64,000 nucleotides of DNA from Terriglobia bacterium. Lineage in GTDB: Bacteria; Acidobacteriota; Terriglobia; 20CM-2-55-15. A model generated the notes under the pieces. That model saw only the letters and a list, made by a program, of their open reading frames with translations. It was not told the DNA's origin and ran no database searches. Shown here piece after piece: positions 31,392 through 41,340 of the stretch. The position numbers and the translations under genes are program-made. The number at the start of each line of letters is the position of its first letter. Positions within the stretch are counted from its first letter, which is position 1. The DNA is taken from the NCBI GenBank assembly GCA_965247425.1, contig OZ252023.1, forward strand, positions 488,533 to 552,532. The letters run 5' to 3'.

Positions 31392-32443
31392 ATTGAAATC
31401 CGAATGGGAGCGGGCCTGTGTGTTCCCATGCAGATGACGTGATCGCCCGCTTCGATCTTGTAAGCCCCTCCCGGGTTCAGCAGTGCCTCGTCGCCGCGTT
31501 GGACTCCCAGGACCAGGTACTCCTGTTGTGAAAGATATGCCTGCAGCTCGGAAAAGTTCCAGTTTCTCATGTGTTCAACCGGTGCGATGTAGACCTGTTG
31601 ACCAAATCTGTTGGACATCAGTTCGCTGACGACCGCCTGCGTGCCGGGATCGGAAACCTCCTGAACCAGGAAGGACGATGCAAGACCGGCCACGCAGACC
31701 ACGCTGTTGCATCCGGATCGGCGCATCAGTTCCACACGCTCGGGATCGAGGCATTCGGCGACCGTGAAGACGTCGGAGTTGATCGATTCGATCGTGAGCA
31801 CCGCTGCCAGGGTATGGTTGTCGGCGCTGACGTGGGTTATGTCGGAGGCAAGAACGATGGCATAACGTGCCTTTTCGACGCATGCGCGCCGCAGGACACT
31901 TTCCTTCGATGGCGTGCCCTTGACGAAACGGACATCCAGTTTCTGGAATTCGTTCGGCAGCTCCTCAAGGTGCTCGTCGACCAACACGATCGCGAGGCCC
32001 CGGGTCTTGGAATCCTCCCGCAGCTCCCTGACGATCTCCAGGTTCCGGTCCTTGCTCTGAAAATGGACCAGTAGTACATGTGATTCGACGCTGAGGTCTG
32101 CCATGCCTTTCAACTCCTTTGACCGCGACTCAATCAACGTGGTTGCCATCACCGACAGCAGGTAGCCCAGGATGCCGATGCCGACAAGCATTATCGGCAT
32201 GGCGACCAGGTAGCGACCGTAAGCGGTCGTTGGAAAATAGTCCCCGTATCCCACGGTGGTCATCGTAACGATTGACCACCAAACGGCATCGCTCCAGGAC
32301 AGCTCGGGGTTGACAGCACCCTCGAAATGTTTAAAACCAATCGCGCCCAGAACGACCAGGGCAAAAAACAAGAGAATTACCTTAAGGATTTCGTGTGTTT
32401 CCGGCCTGAAGCGCCGGAAGAAGTCCATGAGCAGCTTGAGCAT
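31388..32443 (-). CDS. Potassium channel with RCK (TrkA-N/C) domains
   Basis: 2 TM with TMTTVGYGD selectivity filter followed by an RCK domain. Confidence 0.93.
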   Translation of the reverse strand: MLKLLMDFFRRFRPETHEILKVILLFFALVVLGAIGFKHFEGAVNPELSWSDAVWWSIVTMTTVGYGDYFPTTAYGRYLVAMPIMLVGIGILGYLLSVMATTLIESRSKELKGMADLSVESHVLLVHFQSKDRNLEIVRELREDSKTRGLAIVLVDEHLEELPNEFQKLDVRFVKGTPSKESVLRRACVEKARYAIVLASDITHVSADNHTLAAVLTIESINSDVFTVAECLDPERVELMRRSGCNSVVCVAGLASSFLVQEVSDPGTQAVVSELMSNRFGQQVYIAPVEHMRNWNFSELQAYLSQQEYLVLGVQRGDEALLNPGGAYKIEAGDHVICMGTHRPAPIRISI

Positions 32444-32736
32444 CGTTATCGAGTCATTCCTTCACTGGTGAACGCCGCGGTTACCAGTACCGCCAGATAT
32501 CTTAGCAGCCTGTGGTCGAACTCTGTAGGGTCGCGCGCAGGGGTATTCGGGTCACAGGCGCGAAATGAGGAGCGGAACGATGCTTTGCATCGTGACCGAC
32601 GAATGACAAAGCCTGAGGCCCGAAGACCCCTGCGCCCTACGGGTTACGACGGCATGGGGCCAGCTGCGGCGTTGCCACTCTCTCCGGACATTGCCCGATG
32701 GGGAGCATCGACGTCGTCCCTGCGCCTTGCATCTAG

Positions 32737-34474
32737 CCCGCATAAATCACCGAAAGGACCAGAAAAGGCCGCCCTGTTTGGCATAAATCGTTTGTCGAGA
32801 ACGGTTCAGAAACCAAACGGAGGCGGCCCTTATGAGTACAGAGTGTAAACAAACCACGTTCGAATTTCACGGACTTCTTCAACGAAAAATGAAGGCGCGT
32901 TTCGACGGCGGCAAGATCACGTCTGACGCTGGAGTTCTGCTGCTGCGTGAAGTCGAAAAGCGGACCGGTTTGATCGATGGATTGGCGGGGTGTTTTAGCG
33001 ATCATCGCGACCAACGGTTGATCGAACACACCGTGAAGGAGCTGTTGGGACAGCGGGTCTACGGGCTGTGCCTGGGATATGAAGACCTGAACGATCACGA
33101 TCAGTTACGGACCGACCCGATGCTTGCGTTGGCGGTGGACAAAGCGGATCCGCTGGGAACGAATCGACGACAGGCCGGCGACTGGGGAAAGGCGTTGGCG
33201 GGCAAGAGCACGCTAAACCGATTGGAGTTGACCGGCGCCGAAGTCGGCGACCAGGAGCGGTACAAGAAGATCGCTATGGATGGGGACAAGATCGATCGTT
33301 GGATGGTCGATGCGTTTGTGGCAGCCCATGACAACACGGCGCCCGAAGAGATCGTTCTGGATCTGGACGCGACCGATGATCCGATCCATGGTCAACAGGA
33401 AGGCCGGTTCTTTCACGGCTACTACCGCAACTACTGCTATCTGCCCTTGTACATCTTCTGTGGAGAGCATCTGTTGTGCGCTCGGCTGCGCCCGTCCAAT
33501 ATCGATGGGGCGGCAGGATCAGTCGATGAATTGGAACGTATCGTCGGCCAGATCCGTCAGAGCTGGCCGGACGTGTCGATCATCATTCGGGCCGATTCCG
33601 GATTCTGCCGGGATGCATTACTGGACTGGTGTGAAACCCACCAGGTCGATTATGTGATGGGGTTGGCCAAGAACGACCGCCTCAAGCGAGAGATCGCTGA
33701 CCAGATGATTCAGGCTGAAGCGGAGTTTCAGACCACTGGGAAATCGGCACGAGTGTTTAAGGATTTCCTGTACCGGACTCGAAAGAGCTGGAGCCGCACT
33801 CGTCGCGTTGTTGGCAAAGCCGAGTTCCTGGCCAAGGGCGCCAATCCCCGATTCGTGGTGACCTCACTGCCACCGGAACGACTCGGAGCCCAAGCGCTCT
33901 ACGAAGATTTCTATTGCGCACGCGGCGACATGGAGAACCGGATCAAAGAACAGCAACTGGATCTATTTGCCGACCGCACCAGTGCGGGAACCATGCGCGC
34001 CAATCAGCTCCGACTGTATCTGTCCTCAGCCGCCTACATGCTTATGCAGGCGTTGCGTCGTCTCGGTCTCAAAGATACCGCGATGGCCCATGCCCAATGC
34101 GGAACCATCCGTCTGAAGCTTCTTAAGATCGGTGCGCGTATCCGCCTCACGGTCCGCAACGTCTGGATCTCGATGTCGGAGGCCTATCCCTATGCCGACG
34201 TCTTTGCTCTCATAGTGAGAAACCTGCAATCAATTCCGCTTCGTTGCTGACGACACCGAACCTTCAGATCCGAAAAACAGCGCCTCTCATCTGCCTCCCG
34301 GCGAGGCCTGCCTGCACTCGCCCATTCATGCCGATCTCCCGCCAAATGTCGCCGTGTCACAGGCTCAAAATCCGCCAATGTCCACGGCTCGCTCACTCTC
34401 AGCTCCAAGTCTCGCCGCAAATCGCTTCTCGTATCCGAACACCGATCGATTCTCCGATTGGTGATCCATCCGGG
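32737..34474 (+). mobile_element. IS1380-family element
   Basis: IR cccgcataaatcacc / ggtgatccatccggg; CTAG duplicated at 32733-36 and 34475-78. Confidence 0.92.
32832..34250 (+). CDS. IS1380 DDE transposase
   Basis: FDGGKITSDAG, LDLDATDD..HG.QE, RADSGF, YCARGDMENRIKE. Confidence 0.96.
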   Translation: MSTECKQTTFEFHGLLQRKMKARFDGGKITSDAGVLLLREVEKRTGLIDGLAGCFSDHRDQRLIEHTVKELLGQRVYGLCLGYEDLNDHDQLRTDPMLALAVDKADPLGTNRRQAGDWGKALAGKSTLNRLELTGAEVGDQERYKKIAMDGDKIDRWMVDAFVAAHDNTAPEEIVLDLDATDDPIHGQQEGRFFHGYYRNYCYLPLYIFCGEHLLCARLRPSNIDGAAGSVDELERIVGQIRQSWPDVSIIIRADSGFCRDALLDWCETHQVDYVMGLAKNDRLKREIADQMIQAEAEFQTTGKSARVFKDFLYRTRKSWSRTRRVVGKAEFLAKGANPRFVVTSLPPERLGAQALYEDFYCARGDMENRIKEQQLDLFADRTSAGTMRANQLRLYLSSAAYMLMQALRRLGLKDTAMAHAQCGTIRLKLLKIGARIRLTVRNVWISMSEAYPYADVFALIVRNLQSIPLRC

Positions 34475-34717
34475 CTAGGCCCATGGCGCTCGTAACGCGA
34501 CCCTACAGAATTCCACCACAGGCTGCTAGTCCACGTCATCCGGATTCGCATCGGTATTGTCGCCTGACCAGGTAGTAACTTTGCATCCTGGCATCCGATT
34601 CTTCACGTTATCTCTGATTCTCGTCCGGCTGAGAAATGGTGTCGCTGTGGAATATTGAGTTATTCTGGTCAGTATGCATGCCGTCGTGTTGAACCTGTTT
34701 TCTAGGGAGCTGAATCG

Positions 34718-35107
34718 TTGGACCTGGTGAACCGCGTGCTCCGACTCCTACGAGCCCAGGTCCGTCCGGACTCGAGCGAACGGGTCCGCGTCGATCCGGA
34801 CCATGGGAGCCAGAGGCACACTCGCGCTCACGTGCCCGGCCAGCGTGGCCGACAGGCCGCGACCCCCGCCCGGGACGTCGATCCAGCTCTGGCTGCGCTC
34901 TATGCCAATCTGGAGGTGGCCTATGGTTCCGACCTTGAGACTGTTCGGAAGGCACGGAACCGGCTGTTGCGGAAATATCACCCGGATCTGCATTCGAAGG
35001 ATCCGGAGAAACGAAAGACCGCCGGGGAACTGACTCGAAGGTTGAACGGTGCTTACGAAACGCTGCGGCAACGGCCCGAGAGCGAGACAAACCGACAGGA
35101 GAACTAA
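34718..35107 (+). CDS. Small J-domain (DnaJ-like) protein
   Basis: C-terminal J domain KYHPD...LNGAYE; TTG start uncertain. Confidence 0.85.
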   Translation: MDLVNRVLRLLRAQVRPDSSERVRVDPDHGSQRHTRAHVPGQRGRQAATPARDVDPALAALYANLEVAYGSDLETVRKARNRLLRKYHPDLHSKDPEKRKTAGELTRRLNGAYETLRQRPESETNRQEN

Positions 35108-35109
35108 AC

Positions 35110-35529
35110 ATGTCCGAGAACCTGGATTTGGTAAAGGGTTATCTGCTCGACATCGATATGAAGATCGTCAGCGAGAATGAGGCCGAGGAGTTGGTCGTCG
35201 TTGAGGATCAGGAGAACGGAATTCAAAACCTGATCATCGACTGCGAGCCACCGATCGTCGTCCTCGAGCAGCTCATCATGGATGTCCCCGAGGATGCCGG
35301 AGATTTCTTCAAACGCCTTTTACAGATGAACCGAACGATGGTACATGGCGCGTTTGTCCTCGACGACGAGGAAGGCACCCGCGTTCTCTTCCGCGACACG
35401 TTGCAACTGGAAAACCTGGATTGCAACGAGTTGGAAGGCTCCATTCGATCGCTGGAGCTTGCCCTGGCCGAAAACGGCTCAGAGTTGCTGGAATATAGTC
35501 ATCGAAAGTCGGGGGGAGCTGAAAAATGA
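35110..35529 (+). CDS. YbjN/CesT-like chaperone-fold protein
   Basis: Acidic 139 aa, LLQMNRTMVHGAFVLD...FRDTLQLENLD.NE; overlaps pspA start. Confidence 0.75.
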   Translation: MSENLDLVKGYLLDIDMKIVSENEAEELVVVEDQENGIQNLIIDCEPPIVVLEQLIMDVPEDAGDFFKRLLQMNRTMVHGAFVLDDEEGTRVLFRDTLQLENLDCNELEGSIRSLELALAENGSELLEYSHRKSGGAEK

Positions 35530-36227
35530 GTTTCTTTCAAAGAATTTTTAAGAACGTGCAGTCCCAGGCGCATTCCGTCGTCGACAAGCTCGAGGACCCG
35601 ATCAAGTTGAGCGAGCAGGGAATTCGCGACCTGAAGAAAGACCTGGGAGGTTCCATGCAGAGTCTGGCGCAGGTCAAAGCGATTGCGATTCGTTTCAAGA
35701 AGGATTCCGACGACCAGAAAAAGCTCGCGAAGGATTACGAGAGAAAAGCGATGCTTCTTCTCCAGAAGATGAAGAGCGGGGATCTGGATCCGGCCGACGC
35801 GGAACGTCTGGCAACCGAGGCTCTGAACAAGAAAGAGAGTGCTGTGCAACGCGCAGGCGTCTTGAAGAAGGATCACGAGCAGCAGAAAGCCATGGGGGAT
35901 CAACTCCAGGCAAAGGTGCAGACTCTGAAAGAAACGATCAGTCGTTACGAGACCGAGCTGGTGACCTTGAAAGCGCGCGCCAAGACCGCCACATCGATGC
36001 GAAAAATCAACCAGCAGTTGTCGAGCGTCGACTCCTCCAGTACGATTGCCCTGCTCGAAAGGATGAAGGACAAAGTGGTGGAGGAGGAGTCGCTTGCCGA
36101 GGCCTACGGGGAAATGGGCGACGCGAGCGTCACCCTGGATCAGGAGATAGACAGAACCCTTGCCGCGCCCAGTTCGGCCGCCACCAGCGATTCGCTGGCG
36201 GAGCTCAAGAAGAAAATGGGCATCTGA
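35526..36227 (+). CDS. pspA: PspA/IM30 (ESCRT-III-like) protein
   Basis: MSFFQRIFK amphipathic start, LEDP, long coiled coil, LKARAK.A, ERMKDKV..EE..AEA, LAELKKKMG. Confidence 0.93.
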   Translation: MSFFQRIFKNVQSQAHSVVDKLEDPIKLSEQGIRDLKKDLGGSMQSLAQVKAIAIRFKKDSDDQKKLAKDYERKAMLLLQKMKSGDLDPADAERLATEALNKKESAVQRAGVLKKDHEQQKAMGDQLQAKVQTLKETISRYETELVTLKARAKTATSMRKINQQLSSVDSSSTIALLERMKDKVVEEESLAEAYGEMGDASVTLDQEIDRTLAAPSSAATSDSLAELKKKMGI

Positions 36228-36267
36228 ACACTTCCGAACGGCCATTGCCGGGACTTGGACGCCCGAC

Positions 36268-37362
36268 CTACGAATCGTTTCCAGCCGCGGGCGCGTCGCC
36301 CTCGAGGAAGAGATAGTACCGGAGATTCGGGTTCGATCCGTCAAACTTCCAGATCCTGGCGTCGAGGATGTAGTGGGTCGCCTGCGGGACGGTGAGCAGG
36401 GGGACAAGTATGGTCAGGACCAGGGAAGGCACCTCGAAATTCAAAGCCATCCCCAGGAAAACTTCGGCGTGCTCCTGCCAGACGAAGAGCTCCCACAAGC
36501 CCTCCTCGGCGTAGGCGAGCACGAACAGGAGGCCGACGAACAGACCGACGCCTGCGGGACGATGAATCGTCCCCCGCCACGATGGGTTGCCGGCCCAGCG
36601 CCGGCGCCCGTAGAGCCACACCAGGGCCATGTACGGAACGCCGTGAGCGACAACGTTCGTCACAGTGAACGCGAAGTCGGAATCGAGAAGAGCGATCCCC
36701 ACATACCAGACGGCTGCCGTCGAGCCCACGATGCCAATCTTGCCCCAGTTCACGGTTCGCGTCTGTGCAAACACCTGTACCTGCAGGGCCGCAAACACAA
36801 GCAGCGAAGCCGCATAGAAAACAACGGCGCCAGTTGCGACCCAAACCGGAAGCTGGACGAAATCCCCTTCAATGAACCACTCGAAGTTTCGAGCCGATGG
36901 ATCCCGGTGCCACAACGCCAGCGGGTAGACCATGGCCGCGTAGATGGCGCACTTGTCCACCAGTGCGGAGCCCGCGGAGCGCTCGCCCGCGCGATGGCGG
37001 TAAACCATGACGAAACCATATTGTTGACGGACGAAATGAAAGACGGCGACGTAGGCCAGGACCCTCCAGAACACCGTGGAACCGACGCTGTACAGAGCGA
37101 CGCCTCCCAGAAAACACGCCAGAGGCGTCGCCAGGTAGAACAGTCTCCTGCGGGCGAATTCGTCAGGTTCGAAATAAGTCCGATACAGCGATGAGTAGAC
37201 ATGCGCCACGTCTACAAAGACAACGAAGATCAGCCAGCCCCAGACCGGAGTCTCCCCGGTCCGCATGGCCGGCAACGCCAGCACCAGCAGGACGGCGGCG
37301 ACCGGAGGGCCGACGATCAGGCCGAGGTCGAAACGGGCAGAGGCAATCCAGTTAGCGCGCAT
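36268..37362 (-). CDS. His-motif multi-pass membrane protein (possible membrane metalloenzyme)
   Basis: DVAHVYSSLYRTY, HFVRQQYG, HGVPY, HYILDARIW among many TM segments. Confidence 0.75.
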   Translation of the reverse strand: MRANWIASARFDLGLIVGPPVAAVLLVLALPAMRTGETPVWGWLIFVVFVDVAHVYSSLYRTYFEPDEFARRRLFYLATPLACFLGGVALYSVGSTVFWRVLAYVAVFHFVRQQYGFVMVYRHRAGERSAGSALVDKCAIYAAMVYPLALWHRDPSARNFEWFIEGDFVQLPVWVATGAVVFYAASLLVFAALQVQVFAQTRTVNWGKIGIVGSTAAVWYVGIALLDSDFAFTVTNVVAHGVPYMALVWLYGRRRWAGNPSWRGTIHRPAGVGLFVGLLFVLAYAEEGLWELFVWQEHAEVFLGMALNFEVPSLVLTILVPLLTVPQATHYILDARIWKFDGSNPNLRYYLFLEGDAPAAGNDS

Positions 37363-37454
37363 ATTGAAGCATTCTGCTCCCGGAAGGCGGTCCTGTGAAG
37401 TGGCTTCCGGAATTGTGTGAAGAAAGTTTCAAACAGGCAGGTTATCATCCAGGA

Positions 37455-39155
37455 ATGTCGTCCTGCACACGCCGAAGCTTCCTTCGCCTCTCCGCAACCA
37501 GCGGCCTCCTGGCGGTCGTCCCTTCGTGCTGGAACTCAACCACTCCGCCTCCGGGAACCTTTGACATTCCGGGGAGCATCGTTGGCGGAAGCCAGCAGAT
37601 AGGGCATCTGCTCCGCGAGCCTCGCCCCCGCGATCGGTTTTCCGAGGAGCCTGAAGCCCATACCTACGACGTTGCCATAGTCGGAGGCGGCGTTTCGGGG
37701 CTGTGCGCGGCGTGGAAGCTGAAGAAGGCCGGGCTGGACGATTTCATCCTGCTCGAACTGGAGCCCCGGCTGGGAGGAACGGCCGCGTCCGGGCGCGCGG
37801 AGAGCACCGAATTCCCCTGGGGGGCCCACTACATCAATGTTCCGCCCGCCGAAGCCGATTGCGTCAAAGAAGTCCTGTTCGACCTCGGAATAATCGAAGG
37901 TTACGATGAGAGCGGACGGCCGAGGGTTGCCGAAGAACATATCCTGCGATGGCCCGCCGAACGCCTCTTCAAGGACGGGAGATGGATTGAATGGGATCTG
38001 CTCCGCGGAGCCTCAGCCGAGGATCGGGAAACCATACTTTCCTTTGAGGACGACATGCTTTCCTGGACCCTGTACCGGGGTTTCGACGGCCGGCGCGCTT
38101 TCGTCCTCCCTCTCAGCTACAGCACCACGGACAACAGGGTTCGCGAACTCGACGAGATTTCCATGGAGACCTACGTTCGCTCCAAAGGATGGAACTCGCC
38201 GAGGTTGGACTGGATGATCAATTACGCTTGCCGGGACGATTACGGGGGCACGATGGCGACCGTGTCGGCCTGGGCCGGCATTCACTACTTCGCGTGCCGC
38301 TACTATGACGAGCGTGTCGCGAACGAGTACCCTTCCGACACCTTGACGTGGCCTGCGGGGAACGGGTTTCTCGTCGATCGCCTGGCCCAGGGCCTGGCGG
38401 ATTCCGAATGCCGGCTGGGATGCGCGGTGCTCCGGATCGACAACGACGGTCCCGTCGTACGGGTCGGTTACTTCGACACCCCCAGCCAGACCTATCGCAG
38501 TCTTTCGGCCCGAACCGTGATCTATGCCTCCAAGCTCCATCCCGCTCCGTTTGTCATCGATGGATTGCCCGGGCCCCAGGTAGCAGCCATCGAATCCTGT
38601 GAATACAGCCCATGGCTGACCGCCAGTGTCCACGTTAGCGAACTGCCCACGAACGCCGAAGTGTCGATCGCGTGGGACAACGTCCTCTACAGCAGCCAAT
38701 CCCTGGGTTACATCGTCGCGGATCATCAGACCCGGACGGAATACAAAGACAAGCCATCGGTCCTGGTTTACTATCTCCCGTTCGTTGCCGATCTCGACCT
38801 GGCCCGTCAGAAGCTGCTCGAAGAAGATCATTCCTACTGGGTCAACCTGATCATGCAGGATCTGCTCGTGGCCCATCCGGACCTGGAACGTGTCGTCACC
38901 CGCATTGACGTCTACCGGTGGGGTCACGCCATGATCCGACCGGGCCCGGGAATCATCTGGGGGCGCGAAAGCTCCCTCCGGCGGGCGCCGTTCGGGAACG
39001 TGTATTTTGCGTCTTGTGACACGACGGGGCTGCCGCTGTTCGAAGAAGCCTCTTTCTCGGGTATCCGGGCGGCCGAACAGGTCCTGGAGCGTCTTGGGAG
39101 GGTTTTCGAACCATCCATCAACGGTCTCCCCGGAGAGAAGGCGGCAGTCCTATGA
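37455..39155 (+). CDS. FAD-dependent amine-oxidase-like oxidoreductase with Tat (lipo)signal
   Basis: TRRSFL twin-arginine, LAVVPSC, IVGGGVSGL dinucleotide motif, WGAHY, DDYG, RWGHAM. Confidence 0.85.
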   Translation: MSSCTRRSFLRLSATSGLLAVVPSCWNSTTPPPGTFDIPGSIVGGSQQIGHLLREPRPRDRFSEEPEAHTYDVAIVGGGVSGLCAAWKLKKAGLDDFILLELEPRLGGTAASGRAESTEFPWGAHYINVPPAEADCVKEVLFDLGIIEGYDESGRPRVAEEHILRWPAERLFKDGRWIEWDLLRGASAEDRETILSFEDDMLSWTLYRGFDGRRAFVLPLSYSTTDNRVRELDEISMETYVRSKGWNSPRLDWMINYACRDDYGGTMATVSAWAGIHYFACRYYDERVANEYPSDTLTWPAGNGFLVDRLAQGLADSECRLGCAVLRIDNDGPVVRVGYFDTPSQTYRSLSARTVIYASKLHPAPFVIDGLPGPQVAAIESCEYSPWLTASVHVSELPTNAEVSIAWDNVLYSSQSLGYIVADHQTRTEYKDKPSVLVYYLPFVADLDLARQKLLEEDHSYWVNLIMQDLLVAHPDLERVVTRIDVYRWGHAMIRPGPGIIWGRESSLRRAPFGNVYFASCDTTGLPLFEEASFSGIRAAEQVLERLGRVFEPSINGLPGEKAAVL

Positions 39156-40744
39156 GCTTCAGCAAGACGCCTGACGACGATCTGGCGCCCACCGATCTGG
39201 AACGAAACGATCCCGGGTCCGACGTCGAAAGCATGTCGAAGCTCGGTCTGTTCCTGATACTCGCATCGGTTTTTGTCGCCGCGGCGTGCGGGATCATCTA
39301 CGAACTGCTGGTCGGAAGTATTTCCTCGTATTTCCTGGGAAACAGTGTCGAGCAATACTCCTTGACCATTGGTTTCTTTCTCTTCGCGATGGGACTGGGT
39401 TCGTGGATTTCCCGGGCTGTTCACGGCAGACTGATCCGCCGGCTGGTTGCCCTCGAAATCTGGCTGGGGTTGTTCGGGGGCCTGACCGTTCCCGCTCTGT
39501 ACCTTGCCTATGCCTATACCGATGTCTATCGGTACGTGATGCTCCTCATCATCATGATCATCGGTACGCTCATCGGGCTGGAAATTCCTCTCCTGACACG
39601 GATCCTGAGACGCCACGGATCGTTACGGACGATTCTGTCAAATGTGCTTTCGGTCGACTACGTCGGTGCCCTGGTCGCGGCTGTTCTGTTCCCGTTTTTT
39701 TGTCTGCCGGTTCTCGGAGCCTTCCATACATCACTTGTCGCCGGCGGCTTGAACGTTCTTGCCGGTTCGGGAATTCTTCTCGCCGTCTGGGGGGAACTCT
39801 CGTCCAGGGATCGGGAAAGACTTTTCCTTCAGGGCCTCCTGGTTGCGGGTGTCCTGGTCGTGTTCGCAATCCAGGCCGAGCCCCTGATGGAGCGGTGGGA
39901 AGACTCCCTCTACGAAGGCCAGGTGGTTTTCAGTACGCAGACGGAGTACCAGCAGATCGTCGTCACGCGCTGGAAAGATGAAACGCGGCTCTTTCTGAAC
40001 GGGCATCTGCAGTTCTCCTCGGTCGACGAATACCGGTATCACGAAGCGCTGGTCCACCCCGCGATGGCGTTCTCGCGAAACCGTGCGCGAGTGCTCGTCA
40101 TCGGTGGCGGAGACGGTCTCGCGGTCCGTGAAATCCTACGGTACAGCGACGTGGAAGAGATCGAACTGGTGGACCTCGACCCGGAGATGACGACTCTGGC
40201 CAGGCGCAACCTTTATTTTACGGATCTGAATCGGAACTCCTTGAGCCACCCGAAGGTCCGTGTGACGATTGAGGATGGTTTTACCTTTCTGCAGAGGGAA
40301 CACGAACCCTATTCGGTCGTGATAATCGATCTGCCGGACCCTCGGGAAGAGGACATCTCAAAACTATTCTCGGTCGACGCGTACCGGCTGATTCGGCGAC
40401 ACCTGGCTCCCGGAGGAGTGGTGCTCACACAGGCGACCAGCCCTTACTACGCCCGCCGGGCCTACTGGTGTATCGGTGAATCGATGGAAGAAGCGGGTTT
40501 CGAGGTGCTCTCTTTTCACGCTTACGTCCCTTCCTTCGGCGAGTGGGGCTTTCACCTGGGGTCTGAAACGCCGATCGATCCCCGTCGTATCCAGCTCATA
40601 CCCGGGCTGCGTTACCTGAACAAGGATTTATTCTTGTCCAGGCTCGATTTTGATGGAGACATGGCCAGGGTCGAGGTCGAAGCCAACACCCTGGAACGGC
40701 CGACTCTGGCGAGGTATTATCGCGAAGACTACGCTCGATGGTAG
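39152..40744 (+). CDS. speE: Membrane-anchored polyamine aminopropyltransferase (spermidine synthase-like)
   Basis: About 7 N-terminal TM segments; LFLNGHLQFSS.DEYRYHEALVHP, VIGGGDG, VDLDP, IIDLPDP. Confidence 0.92.
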   Translation: MSFSKTPDDDLAPTDLERNDPGSDVESMSKLGLFLILASVFVAAACGIIYELLVGSISSYFLGNSVEQYSLTIGFFLFAMGLGSWISRAVHGRLIRRLVALEIWLGLFGGLTVPALYLAYAYTDVYRYVMLLIIMIIGTLIGLEIPLLTRILRRHGSLRTILSNVLSVDYVGALVAAVLFPFFCLPVLGAFHTSLVAGGLNVLAGSGILLAVWGELSSRDRERLFLQGLLVAGVLVVFAIQAEPLMERWEDSLYEGQVVFSTQTEYQQIVVTRWKDETRLFLNGHLQFSSVDEYRYHEALVHPAMAFSRNRARVLVIGGGDGLAVREILRYSDVEEIELVDLDPEMTTLARRNLYFTDLNRNSLSHPKVRVTIEDGFTFLQREHEPYSVVIIDLPDPREEDISKLFSVDAYRLIRRHLAPGGVVLTQATSPYYARRAYWCIGESMEEAGFEVLSFHAYVPSFGEWGFHLGSETPIDPRRIQLIPGLRYLNKDLFLSRLDFDGDMARVEVEANTLERPTLARYYREDYARW

Positions 40745-40755
40745 GGAGATGAACG

Positions 40756-41301
40756 ATGGGATGGAAGAAATGGCTGGGCCGGGAGGAAGCGAAATCCGAC
40801 CCGCTGGTGGACTTCAAGCTGGGTGCCATGAAGGTCGGATACCTGGTGGACTACGATCTGAAAACCTGGGAGGTCACCGGCTACAACACCTATGACTACT
40901 CTGGATTCGAGACCGAAGAATGGGTTCTCGAAACCTCCGACAAGGTCGTCTACCTGGAGCGAGCGGACAGTGAAGGAGAGGTTGTCTGGACGCTGACGGA
41001 AAGTATTTCCATCAATGAGATCTCCGAGGATGTCGTTGAACATACCGTCCGACATCACGATCCGCCCAAAAAGTTAACCCACAACGGGCGGAGCTATAGC
41101 CTGAACGAGAGCGGTGCGGGGATGTTCCATGAAGACGCCAAAGGTCCGGGTAGAGAGTTCATCAGTTGGTCTTACTCGGACGAGTCCGGAAGAAACGTGC
41201 TGTTCGTCACGCAATACGGAGAAAGGGATTTTAAGTCCGTTGTCGGCGAATATGTGGAAGAATATCAATTCCCGAACATCCTGCCGAGTGGGAACGCGTA
41301 G
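40756..41301 (+). CDS. DUF4178-like protein
   Basis: GYLVDYDLKTWEV....YD......EW, Y...ESG.G, SW.Y.D; typical cluster context. Confidence 0.7.
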   Translation: MGWKKWLGREEAKSDPLVDFKLGAMKVGYLVDYDLKTWEVTGYNTYDYSGFETEEWVLETSDKVVYLERADSEGEVVWTLTESISINEISEDVVEHTVRHHDPPKKLTHNGRSYSLNESGAGMFHEDAKGPGREFISWSYSDESGRNVLFVTQYGERDFKSVVGEYVEEYQFPNILPSGNA

Positions 41302-41340
41302 GAACCAACGGGAACTTGAGATGACCCAAGGAGTCTAGGA

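Larger units (their letters stand above)
32506..34525. mobile_element. ~278 bp MITE interrupted by IS1380
   Basis: Terminal IR cagcctgtggtcgaactctgtagggtcgcg vs reverse complement of cgcgaccctacagaattccaccacaggctg (2 mismatches); flanks ttag/ctag; palindromic interior. Confidence 0.8.

Noticed and set aside
36160-37194. 344-aa plus-strand ORF (and similar long ORFs at 6451-7629, 13670-14557, 27255-28217, 38013-38927)
   Set aside because: Antisense shadows of well-supported genes in GC-rich DNA, no recognisable motifs
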